A stretch of 64,000 bases of DNA, taken from the NCBI RefSeq assembly GCF_964194155.1, contig NC_135901.1, positions 10,912,001 to 10,976,000 of the forward strand. The letters are read 5' to 3'. The DNA comes from Cetorhinus maximus. Taxonomy: Eukaryota. The notes beneath the pieces are model-generated. The model saw nothing but the letters and a program-made list of their open reading frames with translations, ran no database searches and was not told the DNA's origin. The position numbers were made by a program, and so were the translations under genes. Position 1 is the first letter of the stretch, and every line of letters begins with the position of its first letter. Shown here in pieces: positions 12,691 to 25,165 of the stretch.

Positions 12691-15600
12691 TTATCAATAT
12701 ATATTGTTTCATTCAATAAATTCACCTTATTCCCCTCCTTAAAAAAAGACAACACATGTACAGATATGTCCGCAGAAAAGGAGTATATTTTTCTTAAAAA
12801 GACATCCCTCTTTAAAGATCTCTAATCACTTCTTGGAGCTCGCTTCTCTTTTGGTGAAGCAGTCAGATAACTGGTAGCTGCTATCAATCCATTTGATCTT
12901 GGCAATCTCCTTATTCTCGAGCATGTGTTTTAAGCTTGCAATCTCTTCCCATTAACGCACTTCATAGAGTGAACATTTTCCCAAAGTGACTTATTATCTA
13001 TGAGACATTCGATAGGTATCGTCCCTGAATACCCTTTTCCATTTAAAACGTCTTCCAGTATCTTTGATAGATAGAATACCATATCTATCACCTCAACAAG
13101 GGCAAGAGTCTCCGCTGCTAACGTACTTTTTACAACTCCTTGCATCTTTTTAGATTCCAATGTCAAAAGGCAGCATTTGCCTTTTTCACCATAAGAAATA
13201 TTATAAATCCTCCCATGCTTGAAAACCCATCATATAGGTGTGCATAAGGCACATCACTAAACACAATCCATTTCATTTTTCTAACATCACCCAGAGATGG
13301 AATTTCAAACACACTGCTCCATTTTTAATGTTGTCAATGATTTGTTTTCCAGAATAATCCCTTCAGCCTTGGGATCGTTCATTTTAGTGCTTAATTCCAA
13401 AATGTCAGAACTGACATCAGGCCTTGTTTGTTTGCCTAGCCAACTGAGTTGCCCAATTAGATTTCTGCATTCCTTTTTTTCAATTTCAGTAGCCGCGGTA
13501 TCTTTCTGGGAGGCCCTACCACGACTATTTGCAACGGGATTGATGTTCTCTGAGTAGGATTGCTGATGTAAAAGGATATGTGATCCTTCCTGCCTGATTT
13601 CCAATCCAATGTACTTAAATGCAACAAAAGGCTGACTTCCAATTTTTAAACTCCATTCTGAGCCCATTAATGGTAACTGTTTCAAATTCACTACTACCCT
13701 ACACAAATCATCTAGACGCATCATAAAGATGCCTGCAAGTTCCCTCCGTGGTACCAATAAAACATTGCCGGGCCTTCCAACTGAAGGCAGCCCAGCATTA
13801 ACAAAACTGACCTCACTGAGAAATACCAAACTCTGGAGGCATCATTTAAACTGTATACACATTTATTTAGCTTCCAGAGAATCCTTTCTGCGTTTGGCAC
13901 CTCTTTTGATGGACGGGGAAAAATTTCCCTTTGAAGTTGGTCTCCCTGCAAAAAAGCAGCTTTAATATCAATGGACTTGCATTCCCAAGCATTTGTAGCT
14001 AATAGAGCCAAAATGATATCCAACATAACTTTCACTGAAGTAGGTGAATCTACTCGCACACCCCTGTCACCCAGTTTTTCTTCAAACCCTCATACCACTG
14101 GTCTGGCTTTAGTTTTAGAAGTCCCATCAGGAAGCACCTTTTCCATGCATATCTGCATATGAGACAGAGCTGTTGGTCCCTATCTGACATCTCTGTGTAT
14201 ACCCCAAATTCTTTCCAACTATGTAATTCTTGCTGTTTGGCATTCTTTATTAATTTATAGTCTAATTTGTTTGAAACTAATAAGACTTCTCAATCACATG
14301 GGCTTCTGCCCCTTGTTACCAGTCTGTGCCATTTTCCTTGACCTTGTTAAGCTATACTCTCTATCTGCCTTCTATCATGCTCCGGATGTTAGGTTTGATC
14401 TCCCTCTCTCATTCATAGGTGTTCATTCAACAGTCCCACATCTCTTCTGAGAGGCATGTTCACTCCCAGGCCCACTGTCTGAACTGATACTGCATTTCCG
14501 TGCCTTCCACTTTTGTACTTCATGTTTCCAATCCATAGGCCTTTATCTCGTACATTTAACCAGTTTTAATATTTCCAGTGGCCTTCCCTGCTCTACCTAC
14601 AATCATTGCATCCCACCATTGACTGGCTCCTTCTGGCAAGTATGTAACTTTCGTGCCAGCTTTCGACATTCATCCTCTGGGACAAATCGCTTCATCTTCT
14701 TTGCCCAAAGTGCTGTCTCCATCTTCAGATACCCTGTCAACTTTAGCTACCTGGTCCTCACAATCATGCAACATATGGGTATGAGAAGCACATGGTTCCT
14801 CGTCCCTTCCTACACTTTCTGAACCCGCAAATTTGTACTCTGTGCTAACTAACCTTGATGAGTGCACCCGAATAGTGTAGTTCCCATGTTGTAAATGACT
14901 GTTCTACCATCTTTACTGATAATCTTTCCTGGGCCTTTCCTCTCATTAAGTCCTTCTCTCTTATAGTATACTATGTCTCCCCGTTTGAAAATAGTTTCCG
15001 ATGGTCGTATATTGTGTCTTAGAGCTCGCCGGATTATTTCCAAAACTTCGGCTTTAAAGAACACTCTTCTACCTATGTGCAGTGCATTTAGATGCTCAGA
15101 TAAGGTAGAGCTAATCATAGTTCCCTCCCAAACTGGGGGCTGACCATTCAGGGCTGAAGGAATTTTTGGGTTTCTACCAAAAAACAACTGATATAGACTA
15201 TAGCCCCCAACCATCTGCAATGAATTCTTGGCATGAACAGCCCATGCTAGAGCTGATGATAATTTTCAGCTTGGTCCATCCACCAATATTTTACAAAGCA
15301 TCTCATTTATTACTGCATGATTCCTTTCACACACTCCGTTACTAAGGGGGCTTTCAGCTGAGGCATTCATAACTATTATATTCATGTTTTCGTACATATC
15401 CACAAGCTCGTCACGAGCAAATTTCCACCATTATCAGTGAGGAATTTTGCTGGTGGTCCCAATCCAATCCCTATCCACTTCTCCATTATCTGATCCACAA
15501 TTATTTTCTCTTCTTCACTGTATATGATTGTCGGCTGGCTAAACTTTGTTGTCAGATCTATGAAATGTAAAATAAAAATGTTCTTTTCTTTATCCTATAC

Positions 15601-15971
15601 CTTTAAATCCATTGTCAGACCTCTATTGAAATGCCCCGCTAAAGGTGGACTCACTATCAGCCTTGACAGTGTCCTTCTGTATTTCTTACATATGTCACAT
15701 CCATTGCTTATCTGCTCTGTAATTTTAGTGTACTGTCCATCCCTTATTCCTCCATCCCTTAGAAAAATTTTTAACCTTTGCAAAGAAGGATGGACAAACT
15801 GCCGATGCAATTTTAACACAATTTGCTTTTCGTCCTCTAAATTGCTATCCCCTGACGCTAATAACACTCCTTTAATCTGCTTAATAGAAAAGTTAGGTTT
15901 CATTAAAGGAATACAGTAGTGTCCAGATTGCGTAAATCGTGAATCCACAGGTTTTCCAAATACAATGGGGG

Positions 15972-16530
15972 CAGGGAGGAGGGCGAGAGCAGAGGGCAAT
16001 AGAATCCCATCCCACAGGCCCCACATTTACATGGTTTTTCCCTGTTGTGGGTGTCCTTGAGTCTCACTGTGTTCAACAATCAGTTGAAGCCTCATATAAA
16101 AGGCCTCTCCCCGTTGTAAATGGTGCAATGCTTTGTCAGGCTGTGTAAGTAGCTGCAGCTCTTTCCAACGTCATTGCACTGGAACATTCTCACTTGGGTG
16201 TGTTTGTCTCGATGCTTTGCCAGTCACACTGATGTTAGAAATATTTGCAAACAGACAAATATTTCTCCTTCCACGTTCAATGGCCGACGACCATCTGGTC
16301 CTGATGAATCAATTAACTCTATCAAATGTTCATGGGATGTTTGATTTGATTTTCCCATCTGCAAGTCCTCCTTCTCCAATATGCTTGACAAGACGTTTAC
16401 TAAAGCCATTACAGTAAGTACACAATAGAAATTAGAAACTGATATTCCAGTTGACATAGAAAATCCTTTTCCCTCTCAAACTAGAATTCTCCTTCCCTGA
16501 AGGTGCTGATTCTCGGGTTCAGTTTCACAG
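15972..16530 (-). pseudogene. Truncated ZNF gene (leader, decayed fingers, start of first main finger) joined to Copia pol
   Basis: Minus strand ILEKEDLQMGKSNQTSH...DSSGPD..PLNVEGE, then KPCKCGACGMGF, then Copia sequence. Confidence 0.8.
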
Positions 16531-16739
16531 TCACGATTTGCCTCCCCAATATGTCACCCAGGTATCTAAATCTTTACGCCTAAAGTTAACTAACAGTTAT
16601 GTTCAAGCGATGTCAAAATCAAATCCAGTGACTTCTACATGTACTTTGTGACAGGGTGGGGTCATTGCGCCCCTCACTCCCACTTTTCATGCCAGTCCGA
16701 TGTGTTTGGAGACCGGGCTGTGGCTCAGTAATGGCAGCC

Positions 16740-17230
16740 ATAACTCCCACAAGCCCCCGCTTCAGGGAAACCGGTCTATCCACCGCGCAGGCGGGACGGC
16801 TCAGGAGTGCGCATGGGCAATGAAGAGAGGGGGTGCGCATGTGTGGAGAAGAGAGTTCACGTTGGCCAGCAATGGTGCGCGTCATGGGGTCAGTGTCTTC
16901 TTGCGGGGATTGACCAATGGGAAGAGTTGGAGGACCGGAAGGACTTTTGTCCTCCAGGCAATCAGAGCGCGGGCTTTGTGTCAACGAAGATTGAGTTTAA
17001 CACCGACGAAAACTTCCTCCTGTGCCCAATATCTGTGAGTAAAACTCTTTCTTTTCTCTCCCTTTCCATTACTTTTCTCATTCTGGGTTTAAATTGTTGA
17101 CTTGCAGGAACTGAAGGGAAAGGAAGTGAATCCAGTGAGGGTGCAGACTCTGGAAAGGTTGGCCTACTCTCTCTCTCTCTTAAAGACATTGACATCGTTT
17201 GCTCACTCATCTTGACACATTTATTTGTTT
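16740..17230. promoter_or_regulatory. CpG-rich, probably bidirectional promoter with first and second non-coding exons (cassette 1)
   Basis: CGCGCAGGCGG and two TGCGCATG, CCAAT ~16914; donor ATCT/GTGAGT at 17035; ~50-nt exon TTGCAG/GAACTG...GGAAAG/GT ~17108-17157; ZNF units diverge on both sides. Confidence 0.7.
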
Positions 17231-18340
17231 GGCTAGAAGGATGGCTGCTTTCCTAATGTTCACATTTAAATGGGTCGTTTTCCCAGGGAATGGCTGATAT
17301 TTAAGGGGACAGTAAATTAATATAGGACAGGCTTAAGTGGAGTGATGTTATATGGTACATATTAGACACATATTTATGGTTTTCCAATAAAGTACATTTA
17401 TTATTATTTCTAGTCTTGTAATATAGTACTGTAGCTATGTTATAGATTTTCAGACAGAGTCGTTATGACACAGAAGAAGTCCATTTGGCAACTAGAGTCC
17501 ATACCAACTCTGCAGAGGAATCCAGTCAGATCCACTCCTCCTTTATATCCTCCTCACCCTGCAAGTTTATTTCCTTCAAGTGCCCATCCAATTTTGAAAT
17601 AATTGATCATCTCTGCTTCCACCAACCCCATAGGCTATAGGCTGCCTAAATAAAGTTCTTCCTCACATCCTGCATGTATCTCTAATCAAGTAATACATTA
17701 CTGTATATTACATGCATCTTTAGTCCAAAAAATATATTATATGTATTAGAATCAGTGAGCATGGACCTGTCGATCAGCATGAATTATCACCTTCAGAAGA
17801 TTTGGGGCGGTGTATATTAAGTACAGCAGAGTGAGAATGGAGGGAGTGTGTGTGTGATGGAGATTTACAGCTTTTGGGGAATGAGAGAGGAAAGAATGTT
17901 TCATAGAAACTAGAATTGTTTGTTTTGAATTTCTAACCTGTACTGACTGATGATTTTTGTAAATTCCTTTCACAGGATATCTGGAGGTGAGGATTTGAAG
18001 ACTGAAATCTCAAAATAAACATCACGCCATAATCTGACAGAGTCACTCGATTCATCGGGATGTGGATGTCATTGGCATTTGAATCTAGAAGGAGAAATGT
18101 TTATCTGTTCTGTTTGTGGGAGAGGATTTCAAACATCAGTGTGACCGGGAAAGCACCAAAACACACACAACCTGAATGAGAGTGTTCCAGTGAACTGACT
18201 GTGGAAAGAGCTTTAACCAGTTACACAGCCTGAAAAAACATCACAGCATTCACATTGGGGAGAAACCGTAAATGTGTTCTGTTTGTAGATGAGTCTTCAA
18301 CTGATCGTTGAACCTGGAAAGACAGAAGGACACCCACACC

Positions 18341-18931
18341 ATGGAGAAAAGATGGAAGTGTCGGGGCTGTGGGAAGGGATTCCGTTGCCCATCTGATCTG
18401 GAAACTCATCGACGCAGTCACACTGGGGAGAGGCCATTCACCTGCTTCGTGTGTGGGGAGGGATTCAGCAAGTCATCCACTCTGCAGTCACACCAGCGAG
18501 TTCACACTGGGGAGAGGCCGTTCACCTGCTCCGAGTGTGGGAAGGGATTCACTCAGTCAACCAACCTGCTGACACACAAGCGAGTTCACACCAGGGAGAG
18601 GCCGTTCACTTGCTCTGAGTGTGGGAAAGGATTCACTCAGTCATCCAACCTGCAAACACACCAGCGAGTTCACACTGGGGAGAGGTCATTCATTTGCTCC
18701 AAGTGTGGGAAGGGATTCACCCAGTCATCCAACCTACTGACACATCAGCGAGTTCATACAGGGGAGAGGCCGTTCACCTGCTCTGTGTGTGGGAAGGGAT
18801 TTAATCGAATATCCAGCCTGCAGGAACACCAGCGCGTTCACACTGGGGAGAGGCCATTCATCTGCCCTGTATGTGGGAAGGCATTCACTTGGTCCTCCCT
18901 TCTCTTGAGACACCAGCGACTGCACCAGTGA
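18341..18931 (+). CDS. Tandem C2H2 zinc-finger protein, 7 fingers, 196 aa
   Basis: ACC-ATG-G start (MEKRWKC), 7 intact fingers, TGA; branch-point-like TACTGAC at 17941 and acceptor AG at 17975. Confidence 0.92.
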   Translation: MEKRWKCRGCGKGFRCPSDLETHRRSHTGERPFTCFVCGEGFSKSSTLQSHQRVHTGERPFTCSECGKGFTQSTNLLTHKRVHTRERPFTCSECGKGFTQSSNLQTHQRVHTGERSFICSKCGKGFTQSSNLLTHQRVHTGERPFTCSVCGKGFNRISSLQEHQRVHTGERPFICPVCGKAFTWSSLLLRHQRLHQ

Positions 18932-19129
18932 TTACAAGGGTTGATTCTGTTGTTATTGCTGCTGCGAATCACATCCAGGACTGAACCATGTTCATTCTTA
19001 CAGCTGGACTGGCCGGTCTCATGACCTTGCTTCCAGTGGACTGATGCACTTTGAGACTTGTTGCGAATATCCAGTTTCATCTTTCATTTGGATCACAGAA
19101 TGAAAGGGTGTTTGGAAGGAAAAAGAAAT

Positions 19130-19690
19130 TCAGTTTGCCTTCCATTTTCTCCCAAAGCATGCCTCATTGTCATGAGGGGAACATGATTCCCCTCATGTGA
19201 GGGGAAAAAGAAGCTGGAAGATTTGCCTAGTTTGAAGCTAGAGGAAGAAATCTCCAGTGGTCCTCACCGTGAAAGACAGTTGGCCCTGTGCCAGAGAGCA
19301 GTCAGCTTGGAAAGAGCTGTGAAGAAGCTGTGGGAGCTGACTGGGAAAAAGCAGTCCAAAGCCAGCTGAAGAAGGCAGTGGCATCCTCACAGAGAGAAAG
19401 AGCTCTGGATGTCTAAGTCCCAGACTGGGGAGAAATCAAAGTAAATTCCAGAGGGCTGTGGCATAACTTGGTTTGGCCCCAAAGAAAGTGAATGAAGCCT
19501 CAAGATTTCATAAGGTAAGGGAACCATTGGGGAGGGAGTGGTGCTTTCTTCATTTATTCGTTGAGATATATATACAATAAAGTTTGTTTTTGTGTAAAAG
19601 CATGAAATTTTGTGGTGTAGTTCTTTCAGTTAATCACTGGCTGTTTAGACTTATCTTTAAACATGAACAGTCCATACCGGGATTGTAACA
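19130..19690 (+). repeat. Probable LTR fragment
   Basis: AATAAA at ~19577, ends TTGTAACA at ~19690; 19570-19635 resembles 30925-30995. Confidence 0.4.
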
Positions 19691-19787
19691 TTCTAGTTTG
19701 TTGCCTGGTGAGAATAGTGACCAGAAATGGTCAGTGAGAATCTCCACAGAGAGCGAGGCAGCAGAAGCCAATCAGTGTCAGAAAGAG

Positions 19788-20030
19788 ATGCCAGCATTTA
19801 TTGTCCATCCTTAATTGCCCATGAGACGGTTGTGATGATCTTCCTTCTTCAACCGCTGCAGCCCACCTTGTCCAACTTATCTGTTGTGGTTTGGTGCAGC
19901 TGAGTTTCTTTCTCAGCCATTTCCGAGGAAGATTAAGAGTCAACCACATTGCTGTGGGTCCAGAGTCACACGTAGGCCAGACCAGGGAAGGACAGCAGAT
20001 TCCCTCCCTCCAGGGTATTGGTGAACCAGG
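19788..20030 (-). mobile_element. tRNA-derived SINE body and LINE-related tail
   Basis: Matches 50830-51000; tail GGGCAATTAAGGATGGACAATAAATGCTGG matches the LINE 3' end at 28950-28980. Confidence 0.6.
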
Positions 20031-20934
20031 TGTAAGAGAATTCCAAAGATTCACAAACCTTCTGAGTGAAAACATTTCTCCTCATCTCAGTCTGAAATGA
20101 TCGGCCCCTTATCCTGAGTCTGTGCTCCTGTGTTGTAGATTCTCCAGCTAGGAGGCAACAACCTCTCAATGTCTACCCTTCATACCCTGACACTGGCTGC
20201 ACATTGGCTCCGCCAATTGTCAATTGACCCTCTGGCATCAAAGTGAGGGAGCCACACTCATGATAAATAAATCGTGGCTGGTTGACCTTGGCAGGCTTCC
20301 TGCTGCCCCCAGTTGATGCCGCTAACCCCTCCCCTTGACACCAGGCTTCCTCCCAGCCGTGGGATCACCATGTGGAGCAGGAACACCGGCTTTGCTCCTT
20401 GTGGCACTGAAGCCCAGTCTGGTGCACACCTGCCCCCCCTCCCACCCAGACAGATACCAGGGACCTGACATTGACCTCCATGGGGCCTAAAGTCAGAAGC
20501 ATTTTCAAAGCAAATGCTGATGCTCCTTTAAATTGATGCATTTGTCACTGAAAGAAAAATCCAGTAAAAATCTAATTGTAATTTAGTACAGTGGCTATGT
20601 TATATATTTCCAGTTGGAGAGTTGTTACGTCACAAGAAATCCACTCAGTAACTTGGGTCCATGCCGACTCTCTGTAGAACAATCCAGTCAGTTCCATTCC
20701 CTCTCTCCATCCCCGTTCCCCTACAAGTTTATTTCCTTCAAATGCCCATCCAATTTCATTTTGAAATCATTTACTGTCTCTGCTTCCACCACCCTCGTAG
20801 GCAGCGAGTTCCAGGTCATGACCACACGCTGAAAATCCCCCCATATCTCTATCTTATTGAGTAGTGTATACGACACACATTTTTAGTTCAGTATATGCGT
20901 GTGTGTGTATATATATATATATATGATTTTTATC

Positions 20935-22570
20935 ACATTCCTCATACATGGTGAAGAATTCCTTCACCTTTGCAAAGACCATACAGGACTTGCACATCGA
21001 TCGCAATGCCATGTCCATGTGCTTGTTCAACATTGCGAGCCTATTCACTAATACACCGCTCAGGGAAGCCATAGAGATTTGCACCAAGTCACTATGTCAT
21101 GGCAATCTAACCCTCCACCATTGTCTGAATCTGCATTCATTGAACTTATGAACTCAGTAACTCGTGCAGTTGAGTTCTGATTTAATGACACCATGTCTGC
21201 CCAAATGGATAGTGTTGACATGAAATCCCCCCCCCAGGCCCAGCTATCATGAACATCTTTCTCAGTTTCCATGAGAAACACGTCTTTGATGGACTAACCC
21301 CTAACCTCCTACCCCTTGTGTATTCCCAAGACGTAGATGATATATTAGTTATATTTGAATCTGCAGCTGCATCTAAGGTTTTCCTTACATATCTTAATGG
21401 GTTCCAGCCGGTGCTCAAATTCCCCTTTGAAATGGAGCAGTCAAAGGAGCTCCCATTCCTCAATGTGGTGGTTGAGATACCTGCTAATGGGTTCTCTACT
21501 ACCGTCTACTGCATGCCTGCCTTCACTGGTTAATATATGTGTTGTGATTCCGACATTTCCACGCACTATAAGATTGGCCTAATCAGCAATCTCGTAAACA
21601 AGGCCCTGAGCCATTTGCTCACCATGCAAGCTTGATGCCAAATAGGCTGCATCAAAGCTATCCTGCGGGTTAATGGCTACCATGACCAGACCAGGGGTCG
21701 CTGTATAATCGCGCAAACTCATGAATGGGCCAAAGGCCTTGGGTCCTGAAAATGCCCAGTCTACCTCAGATTATCCTGGAAGCATAAGGTGTCTCAAAAA
21801 TTTAAGCAACACTGTTACTATGCAGTGGCAACATTAGTGATATTCTTCACTAACAGAATGCTGATGTGAAACCAAAAAGACATTCTGTCTACCACACAAA
21901 TGAGTAACGTGGTATATGAATTTCAGTGCTGGGGTTTTGTCAGGTATGTAGCTCGTATGTCTCAATGACTGGCGGATCATATCAAGCAGCACATCTTTTT
22001 GGCTGTTCGCAACAGGCAAAGTACTGACTGTAGTTAACCAGACAGAGCTTGCAAAACTCAGAACGTGGTGACTAACAGATATGATTCCGCAATTGGACAA
22101 CACTTACTAAACGATCCTGATTGTGCTAAGAATGAAACTAACAACCAATTTAAGATTATCAGTCAGACTCTCAGTGTGGCTCACCAAGATTCAAACACCA
22201 GGCCCCATTTTTTTCAAACAGAAAGAACATGTCCATTCATTGCACCTTTTTCAACTGAACAGAAGCTTTGGGGACAGCCATTCCCTTGTTCATTCCCCAA
22301 GGCAATGAATTGACCAATCAGAGTCAACTTGTCTGGTTTGAATTTTTAAGAAAAGCTTGGCAGTTACTGTTCCCTGGTGCATTCTCCATGGCGACAGCTC
22401 TACCAATCACAGTCCACTTGCCAACCAATCAGCACCCCTTTTTCATACCCGTTGTTCCCTTTGAGATTTGGTATTCTTGTGGATCTGTCCTGATGAGGGC
22501 AAGATGAAAAGCTTTGACATCATGTCTCTTTTCTCGGCAATACTAAAGTTCTGTACTAGCAAGTGACTAC
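20935..22570 (+). mobile_element. Penelope-like element: decayed RT, GIY-YIG endonuclease and terminal repeat with hammerhead motif
   Basis: FNIASLFTNTP (FDVxSLFTNVP), DVDDILVIF (YVDD), ELPFLNVVV, SNVVYEFQC...YVAR, SAIGQHLL; hammerhead core at 22486-22519. Confidence 0.88.
22486..22519 (+). ncRNA. Minimal type I hammerhead ribozyme motif (family A)
   Basis: UGUC CUGAUGA G-GGCAAGA-U GAAA AGCU UU GACA: stem I UGUC/GACA, core boxes present, palindromic AAGCUU stem III. Confidence 0.65.
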
Positions 22571-22597
22571 CTGTTGATATCATTAATGTAGTTAATA

Positions 22598-22735
22598 TGT
22601 TCCAAAGGAGAGTCAAATTGGACTCGAAACGTTAACTCTGTTCCCCTTTCCACAGATGCTGCCAACCTGCAGAGTTTTTCCAGCACTTTGTTTTTATTTC
22701 AGATCTCCAACATCTGCAGTATTTTGCTTTTATAT
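22598..22735 (+). mobile_element. Short hammerhead-bearing repeat (family B), first core box degenerate
   Basis: GTT CCAAAGGA GAGTC-AAATTG-GACTC GAAACGTT AAC followed by the family body. Confidence 0.65.
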
Positions 22736-23099
22736 TAATCTGACCCTTAAGCGATTTAGTTATGGCAGTTAATAACATTTATTCAAGTACAGTGCTTACT
22801 TTGTTAATTTGTTAATAAAGTGGTGTTAATTCATTGATATTTGTCTGGACTTAATTTCATTACCTTTTTTTTTACTGACTGGGGTCTCCCTCTCTCTCTC
22901 TGTGCCTTGTGTTTCCCTCAGCACACTAACTGGGCTATCCATCAAATCTTGGGACGTGCATGCTTCATACAAACAGTGAGACAGTGAGCAGGTTATTGCT
23001 GAGTAAGTGCTGCCTGATAGCATTGTTGATGAACCTTCCACTATTTTATGGCACAGTTCTAAAGAGTGAGCAGGGACAGAGGCTCCTGCGGGTCCATGT

Positions 23100-24230
23100 G
23101 CATTGATGGTGGAAATGGAAACAAGAAGTGATTTCAAAAGGAAACTGGATGGGCACTTGTGGGAAATAAACTCACAGGGCTACGGTGACAGAATGGGCAA
23201 TGGGACTGACTAGTTTGCCGTAGAGTCAGCACCATGGATTCGATGGGCCAAAAAGACCTCCTTCTCGGTCCTACTGAATCTGTGATCTAAAGAGCACAAT
23301 TTCAGCTGCTCCAGTCTCTCCAACTGACTGGAGTCCTTCATCCCCAGTGCCATTCAGATAAATCCTCTCTCCAGCCTCTCAGAGAGCTGCACATCTTTCC
23401 TAAAGAGTGGGGCCCGTATACGGGGTTCCGGTCTACAGAAATAGAATTGAAAAGCAGGGAGGTTATGTTGAGCTTGTCTAGAACCATGGTTAGACTACAC
23501 TGGGATTAATGTCAACATTAGTGATCTCCATTTATGAAAAGGAAATAGAAGCACTGGATAAGGGGCAACAAAGATTCGCAAGAATAATCCCAGAACTGAG
23601 CATTTAACCCTCAGGAAAGGAGGGGGCTGTTTTTCTCCAGAAAAGAGAAGACTGAAGGGTGACCTAATGGAAATCTTTAAGATTATGAAGGGGTTCAATA
23701 ATTCAACAGGGATTTCATGAGAAACCTCTTTACCCAGTGAGTGGTGAGGATGTGGAACTCACCACCACAGCGAGTGGTTGAGGTGAACAGCATGAATACA
23801 TTTAAGGGGAAGCTAGATACATATATGAGGGAGAAAGGAATAGAAGGATATGCTGATGGGGGGAGATGAAGAGGGGTGGGTGGAGGCTCATGTGGAGCAT
23901 AAATACTGACATAGAGCAATTGAACCAACTGGCCTGGCCCTGTGCTATAGACTCAATGGAACAGAAACAAATGTATTTATTTTAGATCTACCTGTAGTGG
24001 TAGGAAGAACACTATTTACTATCCAGGATAAAATAAATGTCCTTCATCAGCTTTTGTGGATTATTTCAGTGGAAATGTGCCCTCTCAGGCTCAAAGAGCG
24101 TCTGCCCACTGGAAGCAAAGTCATGAGACCGGCTAGTCCAGCAGAAAGAAACCCTCTGACCCTCCCACTTCACCAACTGTCAGAATGAACATGGTTCAGT
24201 CCTGGGTGTGATTAACAGCAGCAGAATCCA
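23100..24230 (-). repeat. ZNF 3' flank duplicated in inverted orientation at 36632-37780
   Basis: Near-identical non-coding translations at 23997-24188(+) and 36662-36853(-); the same mosaic of CR1 fragments in the same order. Confidence 0.85.
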
Positions 24231-24239
24231 ACTCCTGTC

Positions 24240-25165
24240 ATCACTTGTGAGCTCACTGGTGTCTCAGCAAGGTTGGATGACTGAGTGAATACCTTTCCAC
24301 ACTTGGAGCAGGTGAACAGTCTCTCCCTGGTGTGAACTCGGTGGTATGCCAGTACAGAGGATGAAACACCAAATCTCCTCCCACACGCAAGGCAGGTGAA
24401 TGGCCTTTCCCCGGTGTGAACTTGCTGGTGTCTCAGCAGGTGAGATGACTGAGTGAAGCCCATCCCACACACAGGTGAACAACATCTCCCCAGTGTGAAC
24501 CTGCTGGTGTGTCAGCAGATGGGATGCCTGAATGAATCCCTTCCTACAAAGGGAGCAGGTGAACAGCCTCACCCCAGTGTGAATTCGCTGGTGTGTCAGC
24601 AGGGTGGATGAATTACTGAATCTGTTCCCACACTCAGGGCAGGTGAACGGTCTCCCTCCTGTGTGAACTCACTGGCGTGTCAGCAGTTGGGACGAATCAC
24701 TGAACCCTTTCCCACACACAGAGCAGGTGAATGGCCTCTCCCCAGTGTCAATGTGATTCCAGTGCAGGTGGGGAAGGCAATCCCTTCCAACAGTCTATTC
24801 CATGGTTTCTCCATGGTGCGGTTGTCCTTGTGTCTCTCGAGGGTTGATGATCGGTTGAAGCCTCATCCACATACAGAACACGTGTACAGTTTCTCCCTGC
24901 TGTGAATGGTGTGATGTGTTTTCAGGCTATGTAACTGGTTAAAGGTCTTTCCACAGTCAGTGCATGGGAACACTCTCACTCGGGTGTGTAGTCACACTGA
25001 TGTTTAAAACCTTCTGATGCAGACAGACCAGAAAACAGTTTTCCTCCTAGATTCAAAACTGATGAAATTCATAGGCCAATGATATTCAGGTCCTGATGAA
25101 TCGAGTGATTCTGTCAGATGTTGACGTGACCTTTCATTTCAGATTTCTGTCTGCAATCTGTCCTG
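24240..25165 (-). pseudogene. C2H2 ZNF pseudogene (frameshifts, deletion in first main finger)
   Basis: Finger repeats split over frames (ORFs 24212-24472 and 24264-24572); leader module at 24820-25165; family 3'UTR motif at 24181-24235. Confidence 0.85.

Larger units (their letters stand above)
12264..15970 (-). mobile_element. Ty1/Copia LTR retrotransposon, probably GalEa clade; decayed, 5'-truncated (INT-RT-RNaseH-PPT-LTR)
   Basis: Integrase HHCC KLHRQFVH...CDIC; RT DSPT...IDIKAAFLQG...WKLNKCVYSLNDASRVWY; RNaseH VVKSTLAAETLAL...IDNKSL; Copia domain order. Confidence 0.85.

Noticed and set aside
18189-18194. TGA at the first Cys position of fossil finger 2 (also 55808) as selenocysteine
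   Set aside because: TAA at the same site in the 27319 copy, out of frame with upstream sequence, and no SECIS
19018-19050. ATGA...CTGA in the ZNF 3'UTR as a SECIS element supporting selenocysteine at the TGA codons
   Set aside because: Only ~17 nt between the motifs, no apical AA, ATGA is lost in the 36725 paralog, and the TGA-containing leaders are frameshifted
25085-25125. CTGATGA in GGTCCTGATGAATC (also ~16300 and 48404) as a hammerhead or C-box
   Set aside because: No stem II followed by GAAA; it is the antisense of the ZNF leader sequence GATTCATCAGGACC
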